Notes: generated from the sequence alone by a model not told the origin. Numbered from the whole stretch's first letter, positions 20,386 to 29,887 are shown. The stretch: DNA of 63,071 bases, filler included, from 4 parts of 4 records of this genome joined end to end with filler, not necessarily neighbours in it; one strand, 5' to 3'. Program-made: numbers and translations.

Positions 20386-23300
20386 ATGAAAACACCTCTA
20401 CTCTATTCATGTAAAAAATTTTCAGCACTACTAAGTTTCGCATTCATATTTATGTTTCTAAATATGTTTCAAAACTTAAATGCACAAACACAAGTTTATG
20501 CAGACGCTGTTGTTTCACAAAATAATGTATTAAACTCTAATAACGCCATAGCCGAAAACGGCTCTTTTGCAACATTAAACTCAAGCGGTGGCCTACTAGC
20601 TGGTGGCGGTGCATATACAGGTGAAATTGAATTAGAATTTTCAAGCACCATTCCCGCTAATACAACAACCTTTGTAAGAATAGATTTTGATAATGACCTC
20701 CTAAATGTATTATTAGGTGGAGCGTTGGGAGATTTACTTGCAGACACTGTAGGGACTATTGCTTTAGGTGATCATTTCTTTAATGTTGAAGCACGAGACA
20801 ATGCCACCACAGTACTTAGTGCAAGCTCCGCTACAGGTGCGACAGATAGATTTAGAGTGGTTGTAGACCGAAATGGATATTTTTACATTGCCATTACTCC
20901 AGATGCAGATTACAACAGAGTTTATATTGAAGATGCAACAAGTACCTTATTATTAGGACAAGAAAATAGTATGAATGTGCACCACGCATTTTTCTATAAT
21001 GAACTTGGCAATAACGTAACACCTCTTTATTCAGATTTCGACGAAAGTGGTTTAGGATTAGATGTTGCCGATCTAGCAGATTCTGGTGTGGTAAACCCTC
21101 AATTTGCTATAGATAATAATAATAGCAGTTTTTCCGAAATCAGCTTAGGTACAGTGTCTTTAGGTGCTGGTATACAACAAAACATATATTTTGCAAGAGA
21201 ATATTCAAATACAGATGAGTTTTCAATAACACTTAAATCTGAACCTGCACTGGTAGCAGTTGGCATTCAAAACAATGTTGAAATAACAGCATTAAATGAT
21301 GGCGCAGAAGTGTTCTCCACGACGTTAGGAGATGTATTAAATATAGATTTACTTGGACTTTTTGAAAATGGTGAAATTGTAACAGTACCATTTGCTCCAA
21401 ATATTAATTTTGATGCTGTATCAATAAGCCTGTCTTCACTACAACCAGTTGGTGCTACTCAATCTATAAATATTTATGGTATATCAATCGCAGGTGAATT
21501 GTTGCCTGGCGAAGTTGATAATAGAGTTTTTGCAGACACAGTTAGTAATGAAAATAATGCAACTAATTCTGGAAGTGCCGTAGGAGACAATGGCAACTTC
21601 GCCGTACTTGAATCTTTTGGTGGTATAGCTGTAGGCATTGGAAGTTATACTGGTGACATTGAGTTGCAGTATCCAGAAGTTGTCCCAGCTAATACAACAT
21701 CATATATTAGAATAGATTTTGATGACGATGTATTAAACTCCTTACTTGGTGGTAGTTTGGGAGATCTGCTTGCAGATATAGTAGGAACTATTGCTCTAGG
21801 TGATCATTTCTTTAATGTTGAAGCCAGAAATAATACCACGACTGTACTTTCTGAAAGCTCTTCAGACTTATCAACAGATAGGTTTAGAGTCGTTGTAGAT
21901 GAGTTCGGCTTTTTCTACATTGCTATTACACCAGATTCAGATTATGATAGGGTTTATATAGAGGACGTTACAAATGCACTATTATTAGGTGAAACAAATA
22001 CAATGAATGTTCATCATGCATTCTATTATTCTTCTACTACACCTTGTGCTACAAATAACTTACTTACAGATTTTGATGATAGTGGCATTGGCTTAGACTT
22101 ATTAGAACTACAAAACTCTGGTGTTACTAATCCTCAGTTTGCTATAGATGAAAATGACAGTAATTTTTCTCAGTTAAGCTTAGGTGTGGTATCTGTAGGT
22201 GCAGGTATTCAACAAAACATATATTTTTCTAAAGACTATTCACCACAAAGTGAAATCTCAGTAAGGTTAAAAACAGACCCTTCTCTTTTAACTGTAGGCC
22301 TTTTAAACAATGTTGTTATTAGCGCATTAGATGATGGCACAGAAGTATTCTCTACAACTCTTTCAAGCGGTTTAGATGTAGACCTTTTAGGTCTTTTAAG
22401 TGATGGTGAAATTGTTGATGTTACATTTGCTCCAAACTTAACCTTTGATACAGTTACCGTAAGCCTTACTAGCTTAGAAGTAGTTACTGTAGCTCAAAGC
22501 CTAGATTTATATGGTGTATCTATTATAGATACTTCTATACCAGATGCAGATGCAGAGCAAACCTTCTGTTTGTTAGATGATCCTACCGTTGCAGATCTAG
22601 AAGTAAATTCTGGTCAAAACATAATTTGGTATGATGCTCCTGTTGGCGGAACAGCATACAGCACAACAGACCCATTAATAGATGGTGAAGTTTACTATGC
22701 TTCTCAAACAATTGATGGTTGTGAAAGTACTCTAAGAGCAGATGTTACTGTTACAGTAAACGATACTGCTACACCAACAACTACAGAATCTAATCAGGAA
22801 TTTTGTATTCAAGACAACCCTACTGTAGCAGATTTACAGGTTAATGAGACTGGTGTAACTTGGTATGATATGGCAACTGGAGGCACGGCATTTAATCCTA
22901 CAGATGCTTTAATAGATGGACAGTCTTATTTTGGAGCATTAACTGTTGATGGTTGTGACAGTACTACACGATTAGAAGTTATTGTAACAATAGCTAACAC
23001 GCCACCACCAACAACTACAGAACCTAATCAAGAATTCTGTATTCAGGACAACCCTACTATTGCAGATATTCAGGTTAATGAAACTGGTGTTATTTGGTAT
23101 GACATGGCAACTGGAGGAACAGCGTATGATTCAACAGATGCATTGACTAATGGACAAACGTATTACGCATCTCAAACTTTAAATAATTGCGAGAGTGCAT
23201 CAAGATTAGCAGTAGTTGTTACAATTTTTGAAACTCCTACTCCTACCACAGATAACACTGAACAAGAATTCTGTTCTCAAGACGTTCCTACTATAGCAGA

Positions 23301-24233
23301 CCTAATGGTTAACGAAGCAGACGTAACTTGGTACGATATGGCTACTGGTGGTACAGCTTATGATCCAACAGACGAGTTGGTTAATGGGCAATCTTATTTC
23401 GCCTCTATCTTAGCAGATAATTGCGAAAGTGCGACAAGGTTAGAAGTTGTGGCTACAATAAATACTACGCCACCACCAACTACAGATGATATTGCTCAAG
23501 AGTTCTGTATTCAAGATAACCCAACGGTATCAGACATAGATGTTAACGAGCCTGGAATCGTTTGGTATGATATGGAAACTGGAGGTACAGCATTGCCTGT
23601 TGATGAGCCTTTAGTTGATGGTGTAACTTACTATGCTTCACAAACTATAAATAATTGCGATAGCACATCTAGATTAGCTGTACAGGTTGAAGTTATCGAA
23701 ACTCCTACGCCAACTACAGATAGTACCGATCAAGAATTCTGTATTCAAGATAATGCCACGATTGCAGATTTACAGGTAAATGAATCTAATGTAACTTGGT
23801 TTGACATGGCAACTGGAGGAACAGCATACGATCCTACAGATGGTTTAGTAGATGGCCAATCTTATTACGCTTCAATAGTAGCAGATAATTGCGAAAGTGC
23901 TTCAAGGTTAGAAGTTTCAGTTTCAATCTTTGAAACTCAAACACCTACAACTAATGAAGCAATTCAAGAGTTTTGCAGTCAAGACAATCCAACGATTGCA
24001 GACCTACAAGTAAACGAGCCAAATATTACTTGGTATGATATGGCTACTGGCGGAACTGCCTATAATGCTACAGATGCATTGGTTGATGGACAAACATATT
24101 TTGCATCACAACTAAGTAATAATTGCGAAAGCGCAACACGTCTAGAAGTTACTGCAACTATTTACAGCACACCACCACCAACTACAACAGATAGTACACA
24201 GGATTTCTGTACTCAAGACAGTCCAACGGTTGG
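20386..24233 (+). CDS. Large secreted/surface repeat protein (adhesin-like, probable T9SS cargo); truncated at contig end
   Basis: Signal peptide, two ~344-aa N-terminal duplicated modules, then tandem 78-aa Ig-like repeats (WYD..TGG motif) of the kind found in Bacteroidota CHU/T9SS proteins; the C-terminus is missing, so no CTD is seen. Confidence 0.82.
20494..22527 (+). repeat. Two tandem ~1032-nt (344-aa) intragenic modules
   Basis: VYADAVVSQNN at 20494 vs VFADTVSNENN at 21526; shared IPANTT..RIDFD..LLGG.LGDLLAD.VGTIALGDHFFNVEAR, DRFRVVVD, NPQFAID, GAGIQQNIYF. Confidence 0.9.
22540..24233 (+). repeat. Tandem 234-nt (78-aa) Ig-like repeats, 7 complete plus 1 partial
   Basis: xFC motif at 22561, 22798, 23032, 23266, 23500, 23734, 23968, 24202 (first interval 237 nt, the rest 234 nt). 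Confidence 0.92.
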
Positions 24234-24333
24234 NNNNNNNNNNNNNNNNNNNNNNNNNNNNNNNNNNNNNNNNNNNNTTAATTAATTAANNNNNNNNNNN
24301 NNNNNNNNNNNNNNNNNNNNNNNNNNNNNNNNN
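24234..24333. other. Artificial contig spacer
   Basis: 44 N + TTAATTAATTAA (stops in all six frames) + 44 N. Confidence 0.98.
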
Positions 24334-24386
24334 TCGGCATCTTTTTTGTTATTAAGATATAGATTCATCAATTTAAATTAATCAAC

Positions 24387-24695
24387 ATGAAAAACCGAAA
24401 TTATAAATTATTAGGGAAAAGTGTTCTTATGGATGCTATAGGTATGGCTACAATGGCTATACCTGTTGTAGGGCCGTTTGTAGATATCTTATGGGCGCCG
24501 ATTGCAGCTAAGAAAATGACAGAAATGTTTCCTGGCAGAAAAGGGAAAATTGCATCTGTAATTATTTTTCTTGAAGAAATTTTACCGTTTACAGATGTTA
24601 TTCCAACATTTACATTAATGTGGTTATATACCTATGTTTGGAGTACTTCTAAAGAAGTAGTACATGAACCAATTGAGGTGGAGATAGTTTCATAA
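24387..24695 (+). CDS. Small hypothetical membrane protein
   Basis: 102 aa with hydrophobic D..G....IP..G...D..WAP and EE.LPFTD.IPTFT segments; followed by a terminator. Confidence 0.7.
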   Translation: MKNRNYKLLGKSVLMDAIGMATMAIPVVGPFVDILWAPIAAKKMTEMFPGRKGKIASVIIFLEEILPFTDVIPTFTLMWLYTYVWSTSKEVVHEPIEVEIVS

Positions 24696-24716
24696 AATCA
24701 TTTGCAATCAATATAT

Positions 24717-24745
24717 AACCTCAAGAATTTTCTTGAGGTTTTTTT
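24717..24745 (+). terminator. Intrinsic terminator
   Basis: AACCTCAAGA-ATTT-TCTTGAGGTT followed by T5. Confidence 0.85.
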
Positions 24746-24749
24746 ATGC

Positions 24750-24781
24750 AAAAAAAGAGCGGCTAACCACAACCGCTCTTT
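24750..24781 (-). terminator. Intrinsic terminator of the TonB receptor-lipoprotein operon
   Basis: AAAGAGCGG/CCGCTCTTT stem with an A-run on the plus strand (U-tail on the minus strand). Confidence 0.8.
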
Positions 24782-24815
24782 CAAATTCAAATCAATACGA
24801 ATTAAAGCGTATTAA

Positions 24816-25382
24816 TTATTCAACAATCACGTTGAATGTCTGTGTAACATCTGTTTCACCACCAGCATTAGTAATGTCGCCTTCTGCAACACCACTAGCA
24901 TCTTTGCTCGGTTCGTGACGCAATGTTACTGTAAAAGTTCCGTTTGAAGCTTCACCGGTTATTAAGCTAAAGTTAATTCCTACAGGATTTCCATCTGCAT
25001 CTGCATCTGCATAATCTGTAGTAACATTTAAGCTAGTAGATGCTTGATAAAAAAACTGGTGCTCATCTGCCTCTTCTGCAACCTCTTCGGTAATATCTTC
25101 TGCAGGAGATTCTGTTTCGTTAAGTAATGTAACTGTTCCCGTATAGGTAGTGTTAGCCAATAGGTTTACATCATCTATCACAGGAGCATTTGGTCCATCA
25201 CCATCTAAATCTGTAGCAGTAAATGTTACTGTTGGGTTACCTTCAGAAGTTAAAGAAATTGTAGTTGTAGTAATTAATTCTTCTTCATTCACTATTTCTG
25301 GAACACTATCATCATCACTTGAACAAGAGAAAATAAATAATGATGCAAGGGCTAAAGTTGATAATTGTTTTAAGGTGTTCAT
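24816..25382 (-). CDS. Acidic surface lipoprotein, partner of the TonB receptor
   Basis: Lipobox IFSC followed by SSDDD (acidic export-signal-like); EEELITT, EADEHQFFY and LRHEP motifs. Confidence 0.8.
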   Translation of the reverse strand: MNTLKQLSTLALASLFIFSCSSDDDSVPEIVNEEELITTTTISLTSEGNPTVTFTATDLDGDGPNAPVIDDVNLLANTTYTGTVTLLNETESPAEDITEEVAEEADEHQFFYQASTSLNVTTDYADADADGNPVGINFSLITGEASNGTFTVTLRHEPSKDASGVAEGDITNAGGETDVTQTFNVIVE

Positions 25383-25482
25383 TGTTTGCTTTTTTAGTGT
25401 GTAGTGGTTGAGCCTATCGAAACCACTTTGATATTAATTTATGTATGATGATTTCGAATGGCTCAATCATCGTTAGTTATTG

Positions 25483-27882
25483 TTAGTAATTTAATTTTAG
25501 TCTTAGAGTTACGTTTCTTCCTAAATCATCTGCATAATAACGTAGTCTATTTAAGTAGTCACGATACTCTGTATTAAAAATATTTGAGACATCAAGTCCA
25601 ACATTTAAAGTGCTTTTATTAAACACAGAAAAGTCTATACTGCTTGTAAAACCTAGTAAATGATAAGCATCTGGTGGTGTGCTTAAATCAACTACTTCAG
25701 TAGTTTCGGTCTCTGGAATAAAAACTTCAAAATTGTTATTTGGAAATTCATTTTGTCTAAAAACATATTGGCTTGTAATACCTAATCTTAGGTTATTTAA
25801 TTTTTCATTTTTAAACGTTAAACTATTTGTTGTGTTAACTGGCGGCATATTTATTAACGCACGATCTAAAGAGGTATCTTTTCCTTTAACGATACTAAGC
25901 TGGTGGTTTGTGCTAAAATTTTTAGTAAGCTGTAACCTGGCATCAACATCTACTCCTAATAATCTTGCTTGAGTTTGCCTGTATTCCCAAACCTGAAAAT
26001 TACCTCGTATGGTTTGCTCTATACCAGTTGGTTCAATTAAGATAAAATCTGAAATGAAGTTAGCAAATGGACTTACAGAAAATGAAATATGCTTAGTGTC
26101 GTGCTCTAACGTGACACTAAATTTATTAGCTCTTTCTGAATTAAAACTTAAGTCGCCAATTTCTATTCGAGATGCTGAATGGTGTAAACCTTCACTAAAT
26201 AATTCTGAAGGATTTGGAGATCTTGAAGCTAATGAATAGTTACCAAGAAGCTTATATGTATTATTTAATGCTAAACTAAAGCCAGCAGTTGCAGAAACAT
26301 TATGATAATCAAAATTCGGATTTGTAAGGATCTGATTTTCATTTCTATCTATTTCAAACTCTGGATAGGTTACATCATAACCGCGCTCTTCCCATCTAGA
26401 TAGCCTATAAAATTTAAAAGCATCTATATTTTGAAAGTCATAACGTAAGCCAGACTCTACAGTTAACGTAGGAGATAGGTTATACGTTAGTGCAGCATAA
26501 GCTCCTAAATCGTAACGTTCATAATCTGGTATTAACCGTCTAACTCCAGTTGATGGATCTGCAAAATTATCTTGATACCCAAATGAGAAACCTGTCTTAA
26601 TTTCATAATCTATTTTAGCATCATAAACCAAATCTGCATTAAAGTGATGTGTTGCTAACTCTAAATCTACACTTGGTCTATTATCTTCACTATCTCTTCT
26701 AACATCGAATTCTAAACGATTGTTTAATTGAAAATCATATTGCGCAGATATCTTTCCGAAATTTTCAAACCTTTTAAACAGCTTCAGTTTTGCTAAATGA
26801 TGATTCACATCTTGCCTTGGTTCTATTATATCATAAGTAAAATCATCTATAATGAACGGTCTGTCACTATTTATAGCACGTACTTGATCTTCTGCACCAC
26901 CAAGGTGAGAAGCCCTTAGTATTCCTACTTCATTATCAAAATAGGAGTAATATGCATCAAAACCCCAAGAAAACTTATTAAGACCAAATCCTAAAGAGAA
27001 ATCTTTTTCATCTTGACCTGTATTACTTAAAATATAATCTGGCGTTTCAAAATCTCCAAAGCGTTTATACGTTCCTTGAACTCTAGTATACCAACCAGAT
27101 TTAAATGTCTTAGTGAGGTTAGAAGTAAGTGTGCCGCCACGACCATTTGTAGATCCTGTAACTATAGTTTTTCCATAGATAGTATCTTTTAAAGGTGCTT
27201 TTTCTGGTTCTACAATTACAATGCCGCCAACTGCGCCACCACCATATTGTAATGCATTGGCTCCTTTTATTACAGCAACTTTACCAGCAGCATTTAAATC
27301 TACATTTGGTGCGTGTTCTGCTCCCCATTCTTGGTCTTCCATTTTAGTGCCATTATTATAAATAAGGACACGACTGCTATGTAAACCTTGTATAACAGGT
27401 TTAGCTACAGTATTTCCTGTATTTAAGGTAGATACGCCACTTATAGATTTTAATGCATCGCCTAAAGAACCGCTTGTTTTTGCATCTAAAATTTCAGAAT
27501 CTAAAACCTGTTCTTGTGCAGACAATACGTTTTTCTTGAATACAGCACCTTTAATGGTAACTTCACCAAGTTCTTCTAAATGATGTTCTAGCTTAATATC
27601 TAAAGTTGTATTACCAGAAACAGTTACTGGTACTGCTTTGGTATCACATTCAGGATGTGAAACTTGCAATGTGTAACTGCCATCACATAACCCTTTTATA
27701 GTATAGTTACCATCAAAGTCTGATAATACAGCCTTCTCTAAGCCAGCTACAATAAGTGTAGCGCCAACTAAAGGTGAGTTATCGTGAAAATCTACAATAG
27801 TTCCTTGCAATGTATACTCACATTCTTGCGCATTTACAAAAAGTGTACATATACAAGCACATACCCATAGGTATTTTTGCAT
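25483..27882 (-). CDS. TonB-dependent receptor, probably for a metal
   Basis: N-terminal carboxypeptidase-regulatory-like domain, plug with DQEWGAEHAP, VIKGANALQYG, GLHHSA loop, C-terminal GRNVTLRLKLNY. Confidence 0.9.
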   Translation of the reverse strand: MQKYLWVCACICTLFVNAQECEYTLQGTIVDFHDNSPLVGATLIVAGLEKAVLSDFDGNYTIKGLCDGSYTLQVSHPECDTKAVPVTVSGNTTLDIKLEHHLEELGEVTIKGAVFKKNVLSAQEQVLDSEILDAKTSGSLGDALKSISGVSTLNTGNTVAKPVIQGLHSSRVLIYNNGTKMEDQEWGAEHAPNVDLNAAGKVAVIKGANALQYGGGAVGGIVIVEPEKAPLKDTIYGKTIVTGSTNGRGGTLTSNLTKTFKSGWYTRVQGTYKRFGDFETPDYILSNTGQDEKDFSLGFGLNKFSWGFDAYYSYFDNEVGILRASHLGGAEDQVRAINSDRPFIIDDFTYDIIEPRQDVNHHLAKLKLFKRFENFGKISAQYDFQLNNRLEFDVRRDSEDNRPSVDLELATHHFNADLVYDAKIDYEIKTGFSFGYQDNFADPSTGVRRLIPDYERYDLGAYAALTYNLSPTLTVESGLRYDFQNIDAFKFYRLSRWEERGYDVTYPEFEIDRNENQILTNPNFDYHNVSATAGFSLALNNTYKLLGNYSLASRSPNPSELFSEGLHHSASRIEIGDLSFNSERANKFSVTLEHDTKHISFSVSPFANFISDFILIEPTGIEQTIRGNFQVWEYRQTQARLLGVDVDARLQLTKNFSTNHQLSIVKGKDTSLDRALINMPPVNTTNSLTFKNEKLNNLRLGITSQYVFRQNEFPNNNFEVFIPETETTEVVDLSTPPDAYHLLGFTSSIDFSVFNKSTLNVGLDVSNIFNTEYRDYLNRLRYYADDLGRNVTLRLKLNY

Positions 27883-27908
27883 GTCGTGAAAATTTTAAAA
27901 TTGAAAAC

Positions 27909-27937
27909 TATCCTGTTGCATATACAAGCAAAGGATA
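27909..27937 (-). promoter_or_regulatory. Attenuator/terminator-like hairpin between the leader ORF and the TonB receptor
   Basis: mRNA TATCCT-TTGC-(8 nt)-GCAA-C-AGGATA followed by GTTTTCAATTTT. Confidence 0.45.
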
Positions 27938-27950
27938 TTAAGAATGGAAA

Positions 27951-28271
27951 TTATGATAAAGAAGGTGGTCCTCTAAGTGAGACCGATATAGAAGATGTTA
28001 AGACCACACCTTCATTAATCTTGAAATTTTGGGTTTGTGGTAATAAAAACGACCAAATTTCATAATTAGGGACATTAAAAACAACAACAGGATTTAACTG
28101 AAATTTATAAAAACTACAGTCTAAATGTTTCTCGTGAAAATGAGTATCGCTAGGGTTGTCACAAAGCTTATGTTCATGTTGCTCTAATGCATGACCAAAT
28201 GAAACCCCTAAAGGAAATAGGAGTACAGCGGTAGCTAAAATTGCAATATGTTTAAAAAACTTTGTTTTCAA
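27951..28271 (-). CDS. His/Cys-rich leader protein with C-terminal RGPP (candidate ribosome-arrest peptide)
   Basis: Hydrophobic N-terminus, GHALEQHEHKLCDNPSDTHFHEKHLDC, ends SLRGPPSLS*; 68 nt upstream of the TonB receptor. Confidence 0.75.
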   Translation of the reverse strand: MKTKFFKHIAILATAVLLFPLGVSFGHALEQHEHKLCDNPSDTHFHEKHLDCSFYKFQLNPVVVFNVPNYEIWSFLLPQTQNFKINEGVVLTSSISVSLRGPPSLS

Positions 28272-28280
28272 TATCTTAAA

Positions 28281-28583
28281 TTAATCTAAAAACTTAGCAA
28301 AGCCCAATCGTTTAAGCATTTTCTTCTCGAAAGCCCAAAAGAATTGAAACTGGCCAAATATCCAGCCGAAAATAATCAAAAGCACTTGATAAACAGGGAA
28401 AATTAACAAAATCCTAACAGGCCAATAAATCCAACCGTTTGTGTTACCTTGAGTTATTCCTAAAAACTCTACTATTGGACCAGCAATTTTTGCAGATGTA
28501 GATCCTGTAATGCCAAACACTATAAAAATTACCACTACTTGCCAGTTAGAAGAAATTCCCCAACGTTCTTTAAGCTTTTTCAT
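28281..28583 (-). CDS. Conserved small membrane protein (DUF6787-like)
   Basis: MKKLKERWGI..WQ...IFIVFGITG...PVYQVLL..FGWIFGQF.FFW.FEKKML pattern. Confidence 0.75.
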   Translation of the reverse strand: MKKLKERWGISSNWQVVVIFIVFGITGSTSAKIAGPIVEFLGITQGNTNGWIYWPVRILLIFPVYQVLLIIFGWIFGQFQFFWAFEKKMLKRLGFAKFLD

Positions 28584-28600
28584 TCGGCAAAATTACAAAT

Positions 28601-29017
28601 TTACCTTAGTTTCTGATTGTAAGTTTCTTCAAAAAATTCAAAGTAATTAAATAAAAGGTAATTTACTTCATAACCATAGTCTATACCAGGTTGGTAATTT
28701 ATTTGTTGTTCATATAAATTAGTCCTATTGTAACGTGAGTCTAAAACACGTCTGTTATATTCCTGAACAGAAAAGAGGTTTCTATTTTCTAAAACCTTTT
28801 GTATGTAATAACCACGAGGTGGTTGTGTTGCAAGCCAATTTTGAAAACCTGGCTCGATAATTATAATTTCATATTCTAAACTATCATTAGCAATGCGTAC
28901 AGTATCTAGAGACTTAGTTTTAGATTCTTTATAGGTATGAGCTGCATCTGTAGTGTTAGTAGTTGCACAAGCTATTATTAACCATGCAAGAAGTAATGTT
29001 GGTATTATCTTTTTCAT
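28601..29017 (-). CDS. Lipoprotein (DUF6146-like)
   Basis: Lipobox IIAC; DTVRIANDSLEYEIIIIEPGF and DYGYEVNY.LFNYF motifs. Confidence 0.75.
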   Translation of the reverse strand: MKKIIPTLLLAWLIIACATTNTTDAAHTYKESKTKSLDTVRIANDSLEYEIIIIEPGFQNWLATQPPRGYYIQKVLENRNLFSVQEYNRRVLDSRYNRTNLYEQQINYQPGIDYGYEVNYLLFNYFEFFEETYNQKLR

Positions 29018-29057
29018 AACTAAAAAGATACAAAAACGATTCCAATTTTATATAAAC

Positions 29058-29089
29058 AAAAAATCAGTTGCCTTAAGACAACTGGTTTT
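29058..29089 (-). terminator. Intrinsic terminator after the DUF937 gene
   Basis: AAAATCAGTTG/CAACTGGTTTT imperfect stem with an A-run on the plus strand. Confidence 0.6.
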
Positions 29090-29107
29090 CTTTATATGGT
29101 AGTAAAA

Positions 29108-29740
29108 TTATTTTCCAAATAAGCCACCAAGCATACCGCCAAGGCCTCCTTTTTTCTTATTACCACCAAGGACCATTCCTGCAACATCATCAATAACACT
29201 ACCATCACCATCTGCGTCTAATAGCGTTTCAATTAACGATTGATCATTTGTACTTTGCGATCCTAAAACAGAACCTAATAAATCTCCAAGGCCGTTTTGA
29301 CTTACATTGTCTTTACGCTTTTGGCTTCCTAATATTCCCATAATTATCGGTGCAGCCATTTTTATGATTTGGCTTACACTACCAGCATCTACACCACTTG
29401 TTTTACTAATGGTTTGCTCTACACGTTCTTGCTTGCCACCTAGAACATGACCTAAAATACCACCGCCATCACTCATTAAATCATCTAGACCACCGCCACT
29501 TAATAAACCACCTAAGTTATCTAATAAAGAGCCATCGTGTTTATTATTTTCTAAAGCACTATTAAGACTTGCAGCACCTTCTGGAGTTGCAGCATTCCTT
29601 TTCATAGCTCCTAAAATAAGAGGCATAGCCGAGCTTAATACAGAAGCTGTACGCTCTGGGCTAGTATTGGTTTTTTCACTAGCACTACTAATAAGTTGTT
29701 TGCCAATGTCTGTATTTAATAAATCTAAAATCGAAGCCAT
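29108..29740 (-). CDS. DUF937-like Gly-rich protein
   Basis: HDGSLLD, GILGHVLG, LDADGDGSVIDD, GLGGMLGGLFG. Confidence 0.82.
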   Translation of the reverse strand: MASILDLLNTDIGKQLISSASEKTNTSPERTASVLSSAMPLILGAMKRNAATPEGAASLNSALENNKHDGSLLDNLGGLLSGGGLDDLMSDGGGILGHVLGGKQERVEQTISKTSGVDAGSVSQIIKMAAPIIMGILGSQKRKDNVSQNGLGDLLGSVLGSQSTNDQSLIETLLDADGDGSVIDDVAGMVLGGNKKKGGLGGMLGGLFGK

Positions 29741-29815
29741 AATAAAGAATTAGTTGAAATGTTAAAAATTTTAAGAATTGAAAGTTAGTCAATTAATTTA
29801 AAAATCAGAAAATAA

Positions 29816-29881
29816 ATTCATCACAAAATATTGCCTTTCGTCACATGTATATGATCTTGTATAGCTATATTAATATCTTTA
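29816..29881 (+). promoter_or_regulatory. Direct repeat plus -7-like element upstream of the sensor kinase (putative LytTR site)
   Basis: ATTCATCACA (29816-29825) and TTTCGTCACA (29836-29845), period 20 nt; TATCTTTA at 29874-29881. Confidence 0.5.
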
Positions 29882-29887
29882 TAAGGT

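Noticed and set aside
22540-24233. Periodic repeats as a CRISPR array or DNA-level element
   Set aside because: The 234-nt units are in-frame protein domains that diverge at synonymous positions; no repeat-spacer structure and no cas genes.
24278-24289. TTAATTAATTAA palindrome repeated three times (also 46480-46491 and 57591-57602)
   Set aside because: It is embedded in symmetric 44-N runs; a synthetic six-frame-stop linker, not a biological repeat or att site.
27877-28065. 62-aa plus-strand ORF overlapping the RGPP leader
   Set aside because: Antisense to a better-supported ORF and without recognisable features.
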